Source: a virus. From it: 64,000 nucleotides of DNA. The position numbers and the translations under genes were made by a program. The notes under the pieces were generated by a model. It did no database searches. It had not been told where the DNA came from and worked only from the letters and a program-made list of their open reading frames with translations. The stretch spans positions 12,475 to 76,474 of the IMG/VR virus record IMGVR_UViG_3300025543_000013; one strand, 5' to 3'. Positions 55,766-64,000 of this stretch are shown piece after piece (positions within the stretch are counted from its first letter, which is position 1; every line of letters begins with the position of its first letter).

Positions 55766-56971
55766 ATGGCAAGTTGGAAAAAAGTCATTGTTAGTGGTTC
55801 CGATGCTGAGTTAAATGGATTAACTTTAAGTGGTGACTTGACCGTAGCAGGTGGAGACATTACTTTAGGTTCAACCAGTATTTTTTCAGGTGGAGACACA
55901 ACATCTTTAAACAATATTGATGCTATTGACGCAACAACCGAAGCAACAATTGAAGCAGCTATTGATACTCTTGCAAATCTAACCGCAGCTAGTTCATTGG
56001 TAACCGTAGGAACACTTGATAGTGGTGCTATTTCAAGTGGATTTGGTAATATTGACAACGGAACATCTACCTTAAACACAGGTAACGCCACCGTTGATAC
56101 ATTGACCAATGACTCAGCAGTAAATGCATCACACATTACAGGTTCTTTCACTGGTTCATTTGTCGGTGATGGTACAGGTTTAACCGGAGTAACAGCAGCA
56201 GTTGATATTGATGCTTTATCAGCAGGTGCAATAGACCAAACTGATAATTTAATCTACTCAGACGCTGGAACTGAAAAGAAAATCACATTTAGTGATTTCG
56301 AAGATACAATCTTTGGAAACTTTAGTGGTGATGCAACAGTTGCAGCAGGTGGTGCATTAACACTAAAATCAGGTGTCGTATCAGCATCAGCAATGATTGA
56401 CCACGATACAACCACAAACTTCGTAGCAAACGAACACATTGACCACACAACAGTAAGTGTTATTGCTGGTAATGGTTTAACCGGTGGTGGTACTATCGCA
56501 GCAGATAGAACATTAAATATCGGAGCAGGAACAGGTGTAACGGTTAATGCAGACGATATTGCAATCGGACAAGATGTGGCAACAACCGCAAATGTAACCT
56601 TTGCAACAGCATCTATCACACAAAACTTAACAGTTGGTGGAGATTTAGTAGTAAATGGAACACAAACATTAGTAAATACAACTAATTTATTAGTTGAAGA
56701 TAGATTTATTTTGATGAATAGTGGTTCAGCAGCGGGTGACGGTGGATTCATAGTTCAAACAGAAGCAGGATTCACAGGTGCAGCATTTGGTTGGGACGAT
56801 TCAGAAGGTCGTTTCGGTTTACAAATCGGAACTAAATTAGCACAAGATGCTACCGCAATCGCACCAGACGCATATGCATCAGCAGTAATAACATCAGACG
56901 ACGCTAATTACCAAAAGAATGGTAATATATTAGTGTCAGGTTCTGGTGACATATTCATATATGTAGAGTAA
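55766..56971 (+). CDS. Fibre/whisker-like structural protein
   Basis: MASWKKVIVSGS N-terminus, TGSF.GDG.GLTG, DHD.TTNFVANEHIDH, AG.GLTGGG. Confidence 0.75.
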   Translation: MASWKKVIVSGSDAELNGLTLSGDLTVAGGDITLGSTSIFSGGDTTSLNNIDAIDATTEATIEAAIDTLANLTAASSLVTVGTLDSGAISSGFGNIDNGTSTLNTGNATVDTLTNDSAVNASHITGSFTGSFVGDGTGLTGVTAAVDIDALSAGAIDQTDNLIYSDAGTEKKITFSDFEDTIFGNFSGDATVAAGGALTLKSGVVSASAMIDHDTTTNFVANEHIDHTTVSVIAGNGLTGGGTIAADRTLNIGAGTGVTVNADDIAIGQDVATTANVTFATASITQNLTVGGDLVVNGTQTLVNTTNLLVEDRFILMNSGSAAGDGGFIVQTEAGFTGAAFGWDDSEGRFGLQIGTKLAQDATAIAPDAYASAVITSDDANYQKNGNILVSGSGDIFIYVE

Positions 56972-57002
56972 TCCTAAAATAAATAATTAATTAAGGTTTA
57001 TA

Positions 57003-57215
57003 ATGGGATTAATAGATAATAAAAAAACTCAGGAATTAAGATTATCGAATAAAAACGAGGGTGTTTCGAAAGAGACACCTTCGTTAAAGTTATCAAAACA
57101 AGAAATTGAATTTTTGTTGTTTATGATACAAGAAGGAATGATACCTGGAAAAAGATTAATTGAAGCAATATCCGTAGTGGAGAAACTTCAAAAAAGTTAC
57201 AAAGAACAAAAATAA
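57003..57215 (+). CDS. Small hypothetical protein (possible fibre chaperone)
   Basis: 70 aa between fibre genes. L...EIEFLL..I......G..L.....V.EKLQ. Confidence 0.65.
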   Translation: MGLIDNKKTQELRLSNKNEGVSKETPSLKLSKQEIEFLLFMIQEGMIPGKRLIEAISVVEKLQKSYKEQK

Positions 57216-57220
57216 CTTTA

Positions 57221-57268
57221 TTGGCCTTGTGTGGCAACAAGGAAGTGGGCTCAACGAGTAACCAACCA
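57221..57268 (+). ncRNA. Candidate structured cis-regulatory RNA
   Basis: ttgg/ccaa closing helix around the ccttgt/acaagg and gctc/gagt hairpins, directly before SD AGGAG. Confidence 0.45.
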
Positions 57269-57284
57269 TAAGGAGAACGAATAA

Positions 57285-57650
57285 ATGCCAAGTTGGAAAA
57301 AACTTATCACAAGTGGGTCAAACGCTCACTTAAATCAAGTAACTGCATCATCTTTTACTGGTTCTTTTACAGGAGATGGTAGTGGATTAACTGGGGTAGG
57401 TAGTTCAATTACTGTAAAAGATGAAGGAACTAATCTTACCACTGCATTATCAAGTTTAGACTTTGTAGGTAGTGGTGTATCTGCTTCACTATCAAGTGGA
57501 GATGCAGTGACAGTCACAATCACAGGTGCAGATTTAGCAGCAGTATTCGAACAAGATTCAAACGGAGACTTACAACCAACAAACGATGCCAATGGGTTAA
57601 GTGTATTTTATAATTATGATGCAAATGGAGATATTCAACCAAGTGCATAA
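57285..57650 (+). CDS. Short fibre-like protein, paralogous N-terminus to 55766-56971
   Basis: MPSWKKLITSGS.A.LN, TGSFTGDGSGLTG, twin D.NGD.QP. Confidence 0.7.
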   Translation: MPSWKKLITSGSNAHLNQVTASSFTGSFTGDGSGLTGVGSSITVKDEGTNLTTALSSLDFVGSGVSASLSSGDAVTVTITGADLAAVFEQDSNGDLQPTNDANGLSVFYNYDANGDIQPSA

Positions 57651-57677
57651 AATTGAAACGATTATTAAAGAATTAAA

Positions 57678-57685
57678 TACTTATA
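57678..57685 (+). promoter_or_regulatory. Putative late promoter variant TACTTATA
   Basis: Single-mismatch copy of the recurrent motif. Confidence 0.5.
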
Positions 57686-57707
57686 GATAAGGTAAGGAAT
57701 TTTATAA

Positions 57708-60182
57708 ATGGCAACAAAAAATATAGTCCCAAGAGCGAATAAGGAAGGTCAGTTAGGAACTGATGCTAAACAATGGAATAAAGTTATTGCCCATACGGGT
57801 AGTTTTCAAGTAGTTAGTAGTTCTTTAATACCCGATTCAACAAACACATATGATTTAGGTAGTTCAACTAAATTTTGGAAAGATATTTATGTATCAAGTG
57901 GTTCTATTAAGTTTATAGACCCGAGTGATAATAGTGTTGCCTCAACTCTTTCCGTTGATTCAAACGGAATATTTACTTTAGGAAATATTAGTTTAGATTC
58001 CGTAGTCAGTAGTAGTACTCAAATAAGTGAGTTTGGATTTATTAGTTCAAGTGTTTCTATTCCAGACGGAACCGTTAGTGGTAGTATTCAAATAGCATCA
58101 GATATATCCGGTTCATTTACTCAACCAAGTGCAAGTTTTTCAACAAGAGTTACATCTAACGAAACAAATATTACAAATCTACAAACAGATAGTGGTAGTT
58201 TTTCAACAAGAATAACAGCAACAGAATCTGAACTTGGAAATACTTTAATCAGTAGTAGTGCTCAAATTGCTACCGACATATCAGGTTCATTTACCGAAGC
58301 AAGTTCAAGTATATCTACAAGACTAACTGATGCAGAAACAGAATTGTCCAATACTTTAATCAGTAGTTCGGCACAAATCGCATCAGACATTAGTGGTTCG
58401 TTCACTGCCGGAACCGGAGTAACAATTACTTCTGGTGAAATATCAATCGGACAAGAAGTTGAAACAACTTCAAATGTAAATTTTGGAACTTTAATAACAA
58501 GTGGTGATGTAACGGTTGGTGGAAATTTAGATGTTCAAGGAACAACCACATCTATTGATTCCGCAACTCTAAACATTGGAGATAAAAACATTACAATCGG
58601 TAGTGGTAGTACAACTTCTGCACAATTAAATGAAGCCGGTATAGATTTTGGTTTAGGTGGAGATGTTGCAAATTTAAGATACAGACATTCTGATACATCA
58701 ATCACATCAAGTGTAGATTTTAGAGCACCAAATTTTTATGGAACTTTTCAAGGAGCATTATCAAGTTCAGCTCAGATAGCAGACGACATTAGTGGTTCAT
58801 TTACAGCTGCCAGCTCAAGTTTATCATCAAGAATTGCAACCGCTGAAGCTGAACTTGAAAATACTTTAATTAGTAGTTCCGCACAAGTAGACCACGACTC
58901 TACTACAAACTTTGTAGCAAACGAACACATTGACCACACAAGTGTAACTTTAACCGCAGGAGATGGTTTAACTGGTGGTGGTGATATTAGTTCAAATAGA
59001 AGTTTTGCAGTAGATACTACGGTATTGAGAACAACCGGAGATAATATATTGAGTGGTAGTGCACAAATTGCAACAGACATTAGTGGTTCATTTACTGCAC
59101 CAAGTTCAAGTTTTTCAACAAGAGTTACTACAAATGAAACCGATATTACCAATCTACAAACAGATAGTGGTTCATTCAGTACAAGAGTTACAACTTTAGA
59201 AACAGATTTATCTACTGAACAAACTAATATAGACAATTTACAAACAGATAGCGGAAGTTTTTCAACTCGTATCACAACTGCAGAATCAGAATTATCCAAT
59301 ACTTTATTTAGTAGTTCCGCACAAGTAGACCACGACTCTACAACCAATTTTGTATCAAATGAACATATCAATCACTCATCAGTAACAATAACTGCCGGAA
59401 GTGGTTTAACTGGTGGTGGAGATATCACAACAACAAGAACAATTAATGTTGGGGCAGGAGATGGTATATCAGTTGCTGCAGATTCAGTAGCAGTGGATGC
59501 TACAGTATTAAGAACAACAGGTGACTCAATTGTATCTGCTTCAGCACAAATAACTCACGATTCAACAACTGGTTTTGTCGCAAACGAACACATAGACCAC
59601 TCATCAGTATCTATTACAGCAGGTAGTGGATTAACAGGTGGTGGAACGATAGCAGCATCAAGAACAATCGACATAGGTGCAGGAACAGGTATTGATGTAG
59701 CGGCTGATGCAATTTCAGTTGATGTATCAGATTTTATGACCAATGGTGCGAACAATAGAGTGTTAACCGCTACCGGAACAGATGCAATGAATGCAGAATC
59801 TGGTTTAACTTATGACGGAAGTAATTTAGATGTAACTGGTGGTGTAAGAGCAACAGGTGATGTTGTGGCATTCTATTCATCAGACAAAAGACTTAAAGAC
59901 AATATCGTTCGTATAGAAAATCCATTAGATAAAATTGAAAAGATTGGTGGTTATACATATGATTGGAATGATAAACAAAACACTTATGAAGTTGGAAGTA
60001 AAGACTTTGGGGTTATCGCACAAGAAATCCAAGAAGTTCTACCAGAACTCGTAACCGAAAGAGACAATGGATACTTAGCAGTTAAATATGAAAAAATCGT
60101 TCCATTATTGATTGAATCAATCAAAGAATTAAAACAAGAAATTGATGATATCAAACAGAAATGTGATTGTTTGAATAAATAA
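57708..60182 (+). CDS. Long fibre protein with C-terminal peptidase S74 intramolecular chaperone
   Basis: Repeats SSSAQIA.DISGSFT, SGSFSTR.T and DHDSTTNFV.NEHI.H. C-terminal SSDKRLKDNI...GVIAQEI..VLPELV...Y..IVPLLIESIKEL. Confidence 0.88.
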   Translation: MATKNIVPRANKEGQLGTDAKQWNKVIAHTGSFQVVSSSLIPDSTNTYDLGSSTKFWKDIYVSSGSIKFIDPSDNSVASTLSVDSNGIFTLGNISLDSVVSSSTQISEFGFISSSVSIPDGTVSGSIQIASDISGSFTQPSASFSTRVTSNETNITNLQTDSGSFSTRITATESELGNTLISSSAQIATDISGSFTEASSSISTRLTDAETELSNTLISSSAQIASDISGSFTAGTGVTITSGEISIGQEVETTSNVNFGTLITSGDVTVGGNLDVQGTTTSIDSATLNIGDKNITIGSGSTTSAQLNEAGIDFGLGGDVANLRYRHSDTSITSSVDFRAPNFYGTFQGALSSSAQIADDISGSFTAASSSLSSRIATAEAELENTLISSSAQVDHDSTTNFVANEHIDHTSVTLTAGDGLTGGGDISSNRSFAVDTTVLRTTGDNILSGSAQIATDISGSFTAPSSSFSTRVTTNETDITNLQTDSGSFSTRVTTLETDLSTEQTNIDNLQTDSGSFSTRITTAESELSNTLFSSSAQVDHDSTTNFVSNEHINHSSVTITAGSGLTGGGDITTTRTINVGAGDGISVAADSVAVDATVLRTTGDSIVSASAQITHDSTTGFVANEHIDHSSVSITAGSGLTGGGTIAASRTIDIGAGTGIDVAADAISVDVSDFMTNGANNRVLTATGTDAMNAESGLTYDGSNLDVTGGVRATGDVVAFYSSDKRLKDNIVRIENPLDKIEKIGGYTYDWNDKQNTYEVGSKDFGVIAQEIQEVLPELVTERDNGYLAVKYEKIVPLLIESIKELKQEIDDIKQKCDCLNK

Positions 60183-60187
60183 GTTTA

Positions 60188-60195
60188 TATTTATT
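60188..60195 (+). promoter_or_regulatory. Putative late promoter TATTTATT
   Basis: Recurrent intergenic motif. Confidence 0.6.
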
Positions 60196-60217
60196 ATTAC
60201 AAAAAATAGGAGTTATA

Positions 60218-60502
60218 ATGGCAAAAAAATCTAAAGAAATCAAATTTACCCAAGAAGAACTTCAATCATTAGCAGATTTAAGAAATCGTTATAATGGTAT
60301 TACAAGTGCTTTCGGTAACTTGGAAATCAATAGAATCCAAATTGAAAATCGTTTAGAACAACTTGATAATGAAAAAGTTCGTTTAGAAACACAATACAAC
60401 GAAACTATTCAACTTGAAAGACGATTAGTTGAAAACTTGACTGAGAAGTACGGAGCAGGTAATTTGGATATAAATACCGGTGTTTTTACACCAAATAATT
60501 AA
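60218..60502 (+). CDS. Small coiled-coil protein (possible assembly chaperone)
   Basis: KF..EEL..L, coiled coil, KYG.G.LD..TG.F.P. SD AGGAG. Confidence 0.7.
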   Translation: MAKKSKEIKFTQEELQSLADLRNRYNGITSAFGNLEINRIQIENRLEQLDNEKVRLETQYNETIQLERRLVENLTEKYGAGNLDINTGVFTPNN

Positions 60503-60547
60503 TTAAAAAAATTAACTCAGTAGATATATTTTGGTAAATCTCAATAC

Positions 60548-60555
60548 TATTTATA
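60548..60555 (+). promoter_or_regulatory. Putative late promoter for the tail sheath gene
   Basis: TATTTATA recurrent motif. Confidence 0.65.
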
Positions 60556-60598
60556 TATACTGAAATCTTATCCAAGATAACCAATTAGGAGAAACAAA

Positions 60599-62962
60599 AT
60601 GGCTGAAAGAATAGTCAGTCCTGGTGTTTTTACCAGAGAAAAAGATTTATCATTTCTTCCACAAGGAATCGGAAACATTGGAGCAGCATTAATCGGGCCA
60701 ACAGAAATGGGGCCTGCTTTTGTTCCTACGATAGTTCGTAACTTAGGAGAATTTGAAACTATTTTCGGTAAAGATAATCAAGACTTTTATGTTCCTTACA
60801 CTGCGAAACAATATCTTCGTAATGCAGGAACACTTACAATCGTTCGTGTTTTAGGATTAGGTGGATACTCAAATGATACCATTACATTAGGTATTAGTGG
60901 TTCAGGTCACGCAGTTGCGGCAACACTAAAACCTTCAAGAGGTGCATCAGACCCAGACAATTTAGAAATTGCAGGGCCAGGAAGTGCTTCTTTAAGTGAT
61001 GGTGGAACAAAATCATCATTTACTTTAACAGTTCAAGGAACTTCATATTCATTATCATTTGATTCAAGTTCTGCAAACTATATTACAAAAGTATTTAGTG
61101 ATAACCCACAAGATGCAAACAAATCACTTTATGTGTATTCAAATTTCCAAAACACACAAAATGGTGCAGGCTCTTCCGATACAATAACTATCGCAAGTAG
61201 TTCAGATGAATTATTTTCATTTGATTACCAAGAAGCAGCTACACCTTACATTCAATCACAATTAGTAAACTCAGCAAGAACAAGTTTATTTAAAATCAGA
61301 ACATTGTCACACGGAAGTAATATCAATGGTAAATATCGTATCGGTATTTCAGATATTAAAGAAGCTGCAGATGTTCCTGGTTCAGATTATGGTTCATTTA
61401 GTTTACAAGTGATTGTAAATAATCCAGGCAAAAACGACGACGGAGTAGTATTGGAGAACTTCCAAAATTTAAATTTTGATGAAGATTCACAAAACTATCT
61501 ACCAAGAGTAATTGGTGACAAATATACCACAATTGATTCAAACGGAAAACTAACCAACAATGGTGATTATCCAAATCAATCAAGATATATTCGTGTTTCT
61601 GATTACGGAAACTTAACTGGAATTTCAAAAGAATTAGTTCCTATGGGATTTGCAGCACCATTAAATCCACACAATGTAACTCTTGCATCATCAGGAGGTA
61701 GTGGTTCAATGGCGTTCCCAACATCTTCATACCTTGGAACTTCAGCAGATACAGGTCAGTTAAACTCTCGTGGTTCATATGACCAAAATGCTTACTATGG
61801 ATTAGACTTTAATAATGTTGACCACCAACAATTGTTAGCACCATTACCAACATCAGCAGGTGCTGGTAACAATATAACAATGAGTTTGGAAGATGCATAC
61901 GGACACGACGACGCGTCAGTATTGGGTTCAACCTACACAGATGGTAGTAATTTACTAACCATTACAGGTTCTGATTACAGACAATTAAAGTTCCAAGTTC
62001 CTTTCCAAGGTGGATTTGACGGTTCAAACCCTGCAAAAGCAAGATTAACCGGAACAAGTATCGTTGGTAACAACACACAAGGTTTTGATTTAAGTTCAGC
62101 GAGTGCTACTGGTTCATTGTCATACATCAGAGCAATCAATGCTATTTCAAATCCAGATGAGTTTGATATCAACTTATTGGCTTTACCAGGTGTTATTCAC
62201 TCAATTCACTCATCAGTAACTAACCACGCTATTGATAAAATAGAAGCAAGAGCAGATGCTTTCTTTATTATGGACGGCTCTCACTATTCAGCTTCTATTC
62301 AAACAGCAATAGATGATGTTAAAACAATAGATTCAAATTATGTTGCAACATATTATCCTTGGGTTAAAATTACTGATGATGTTAAAGGTAAACCAACTTG
62401 GGTTCCACCTTCAGTAGTTCTACCAGGTGTTTATGCAAACAATGATAGAATTGGTCAAGAGTGGTTCGCACCAGCAGGTCTAAATCGTGGTGGTTTAACA
62501 AGTGTATTAGAAGCAAAAACAAGACTAACCAACTTAGAAAGAGATGATTTATACGAAAATCGTGTAAACCCAATCGCATCTTTCCCAGGTCAAGGTGTAG
62601 TGGTGTTTGGTCAGAAAACACTTCAAGGTAAACCAAGTGCATTAGACAGAATCAATGTAAGAAGATTGTTGATTAATTTGAGAAAGTTCATCGCATCAAC
62701 TTCAAGATTCTTGGTATTTGAACAAAACACAGCAGCTCTAAGAAACAGATTCCTAAATATTGTGAATCCTTACTTAGAACAAGTTCAAGCAAATTCAGGT
62801 CTATCTGCTTTCAGAGTAGTAATGGACGATTCAAACAACACACCAGATGTTGTAGATAGAAACCAATTAATTGGTCAAATCTTTATCCAACCTACAAGAA
62901 CAGCTGAATTTATTGTATTGGACTTCGTAGTTCAACCAACAGGAGCAGCATTCCAAGACTAA
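60599..62962 (+). CDS. gp18: Contractile tail sheath protein (T4 gp18-like)
   Basis: SPGVFTREKDLS, YYPWV, WFAPAGLNRG, GQKTL, DRINVRRL, QPTRTAEFI.LDF. Confidence 0.96.
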   Translation: MAERIVSPGVFTREKDLSFLPQGIGNIGAALIGPTEMGPAFVPTIVRNLGEFETIFGKDNQDFYVPYTAKQYLRNAGTLTIVRVLGLGGYSNDTITLGISGSGHAVAATLKPSRGASDPDNLEIAGPGSASLSDGGTKSSFTLTVQGTSYSLSFDSSSANYITKVFSDNPQDANKSLYVYSNFQNTQNGAGSSDTITIASSSDELFSFDYQEAATPYIQSQLVNSARTSLFKIRTLSHGSNINGKYRIGISDIKEAADVPGSDYGSFSLQVIVNNPGKNDDGVVLENFQNLNFDEDSQNYLPRVIGDKYTTIDSNGKLTNNGDYPNQSRYIRVSDYGNLTGISKELVPMGFAAPLNPHNVTLASSGGSGSMAFPTSSYLGTSADTGQLNSRGSYDQNAYYGLDFNNVDHQQLLAPLPTSAGAGNNITMSLEDAYGHDDASVLGSTYTDGSNLLTITGSDYRQLKFQVPFQGGFDGSNPAKARLTGTSIVGNNTQGFDLSSASATGSLSYIRAINAISNPDEFDINLLALPGVIHSIHSSVTNHAIDKIEARADAFFIMDGSHYSASIQTAIDDVKTIDSNYVATYYPWVKITDDVKGKPTWVPPSVVLPGVYANNDRIGQEWFAPAGLNRGGLTSVLEAKTRLTNLERDDLYENRVNPIASFPGQGVVVFGQKTLQGKPSALDRINVRRLLINLRKFIASTSRFLVFEQNTAALRNRFLNIVNPYLEQVQANSGLSAFRVVMDDSNNTPDVVDRNQLIGQIFIQPTRTAEFIVLDFVVQPTGAAFQD

Positions 62963-62979
62963 TAGGAATATTGATTAAG

Positions 62980-63009
62980 AAAAACCCCCGATACTCTCGG
63001 GGGTTTTTT
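62980..63009. terminator. Bidirectional intrinsic terminator between gp18 and the convergent minus-strand gene
   Basis: aaaaa-cccccga-tactc-tcggggg-tttttt. Confidence 0.9.
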
Positions 63010-63055
63010 GTTTAAGGAAACAAAATAGGTTCCAAGCGGATTACGATATTAACAC

Positions 63056-63427
63056 CTATTTAGGATAAATTGCGAAGGTATCAGCATATTCTGCCAATGT
63101 ATTGTATTGATTTCTTACAAAACCATATTGTGGTTTACTACCACCACGATACCTAATTCTATATTTACCAGTCATCATCATTTCTCTAATAACCGGATTC
63201 CATCTAAATTCCATAGGAATACCTTTATAATGAGCAACTTCACCAAGATTAGTATTCGCATAATTCATAATATTTAATCTTGGTTGATTTTCATTAGCTT
63301 CATACAATTCCATAGGATTGTGAGCATATTGATAGACATTCATAGTAAATGTCCTATTGTTAAAACCAAAATCTCTTGGAACAAAAGTATCTTGGTAGTT
63401 TCTCGGTTTAATTGTTAAATTTTCCAT
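63056..63427 (-). CDS. Hypothetical protein under a sigma70-type promoter (only convincing minus-strand gene)
   Basis: Own promoter and terminator. SD AAAGGA before ATG 63427; the ORF track starts at 63457. Confidence 0.75.
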   Translation of the reverse strand: MENLTIKPRNYQDTFVPRDFGFNNRTFTMNVYQYAHNPMELYEANENQPRLNIMNYANTNLGEVAHYKGIPMEFRWNPVIREMMMTGKYRIRYRGGSKPQYGFVRNQYNTLAEYADTFAIYPK

Positions 63428-63462
63428 TTCGTTGTTTCCTTTATTATTATCAATCATATTAT

Positions 63463-63491
63463 AATATACAAAGACTTTTTGTAAAAGTCAA
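63463..63491 (-). promoter_or_regulatory. Sigma70-type promoter TTGACT-N17-TATATT
   Basis: -35 at 63491-63486 and -10 at 63468-63463. Contains the inverted repeat gactttt-tgt-aaaagtc. Confidence 0.75.
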
Positions 63492-63562
63492 GTATTTTTT
63501 TAAATTATTTTTTAACTTATATACTTGCTTAATTGTCTTTGTTCTTAAATTATCCATATTAT

Positions 63563-63591
63563 AATATATGAATAATAAACAACAAAGTCAA
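63563..63591 (-). promoter_or_regulatory. Second tandem sigma70-type promoter TTGACT-N17-TATATT
   Basis: Exactly 100 bp upstream of the previous copy. Confidence 0.7.
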
Positions 63592-63668
63592 GAAAAAACT
63601 TCAAAAAAACTTCTAATAATTATATTAAAATAACTTGTTGTAGATTATCATCTTTTTCAATTTGATTA

Positions 63669-63676
63669 TATTTATT
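63669..63676 (+). promoter_or_regulatory. Putative late promoter for the tail tube gene
   Basis: TATTTATT recurrent motif. Confidence 0.65.
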
Positions 63677-63707
63677 ACTGAAGTAAAAATTTTATAGGAG
63701 AAATAAA

Positions 63708-64000
63708 GTGGCATTTTTAGACCCGAACGAAATATTCTTTACACCATTTGAACCTAAGATGAAAAATAGGTTTATTATGGAGATTGACGGGATACCGGCA
63801 TATCTTATTAAAACTTCATCAAGACCAAGTGTTAATTTTGAAACCGTAACTCTTGACCATATGAATGTTAAAAGATATCTAAAAGGAAAAGCATCTTGGC
63901 AAGCAATTAACATCACTCTATACGACCCAATCGTTCCAAGTGGAGCACAATCAGTAAACGAGTGGATTAGACAACACCACGAATCAACAACTGGTATTGA
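63708..64000 (+). CDS. gp19: Tail tube protein (T4 gp19-like), 3'-truncated (not in ORF track)
   Basis: GTG start behind AGGAG. FEPK.KNRF.MEIDGIP.YLIK...RP, KGKA.W..I.ITLYDPI.PSGAQ.V.EW. Follows the sheath gene. Confidence 0.88.
   Translation, partial: MAFLDPNEIFFTPFEPKMKNRFIMEIDGIPAYLIKTSSRPSVNFETVTLDHMNVKRYLKGKASWQAINITLYDPIVPSGAQSVNEWIRQHHESTTGI

Noticed and set aside
57018-57085. Programmed -1 frameshift at the A-runs before the coding hairpin
   Set aside because: There is no canonical X XXY YYZ heptamer at a 5-9 nt spacing from the stem.
1-64000. Stop-codon reassignment as seen in some large phages
   Set aside because: Core genes are intact in code 11, and TAA, TAG and TGA all end genes at tight junctions with the next start.

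Overview
This is an AT-rich (roughly 30% GC by eye) segment of a large T4-like myovirus genome. Almost everything is on the + strand and uses the standard genetic code. (1) 3-998: the 3' end of a virion-type protein with an internal Hint (intein-like) domain. (2) 1019-25349: a ~24 kb glycan synthesis and modification island. It encodes GT2, two GT7 with inserted LamG domains, five GT10-like proteins, five SGNH-like proteins, two radical SAM enzymes, a methyltransferase, a cytidylyltransferase, RmlC, Gmd, two Fcl-like SDRs, split TPP E1 alpha/beta subunits and two 2OG/Fe(II) oxygenases. (3) 25394-33708 and 39329-47684: many accessory proteins that share a 9-10 residue N-terminal tag (M-I-K-L-x-x-I/L-L/I-x-E), plus modular polyproteins whose domains are separated by [LIVM]-x-E sites. 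The clearest case is a DNA-level repeat encoding ESVNE. The best interpretation is a head-packaged cargo system processed by the adjacent gp21-like prohead protease; in one case cleavage would expose the catalytic Cys of an Ntn-hydrolase. (4) The head, neck and tail core: terminase, portal, protease, scaffold, major capsid protein, neck proteins, collar fibres, sheath and tube, with a phage-encoded ribosomal protein bS21 just before the scaffold. A TA(T/C)TTAT(A/T) late-promoter-like motif sits in 15 intergenic gaps. Three sigma70-type promoters point antisense behind bidirectional terminators, and several candidate structured RNA leaders are present. No tRNA, rRNA, CRISPR array or transposase was seen. 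All family assignments come from motif recognition without database searches.
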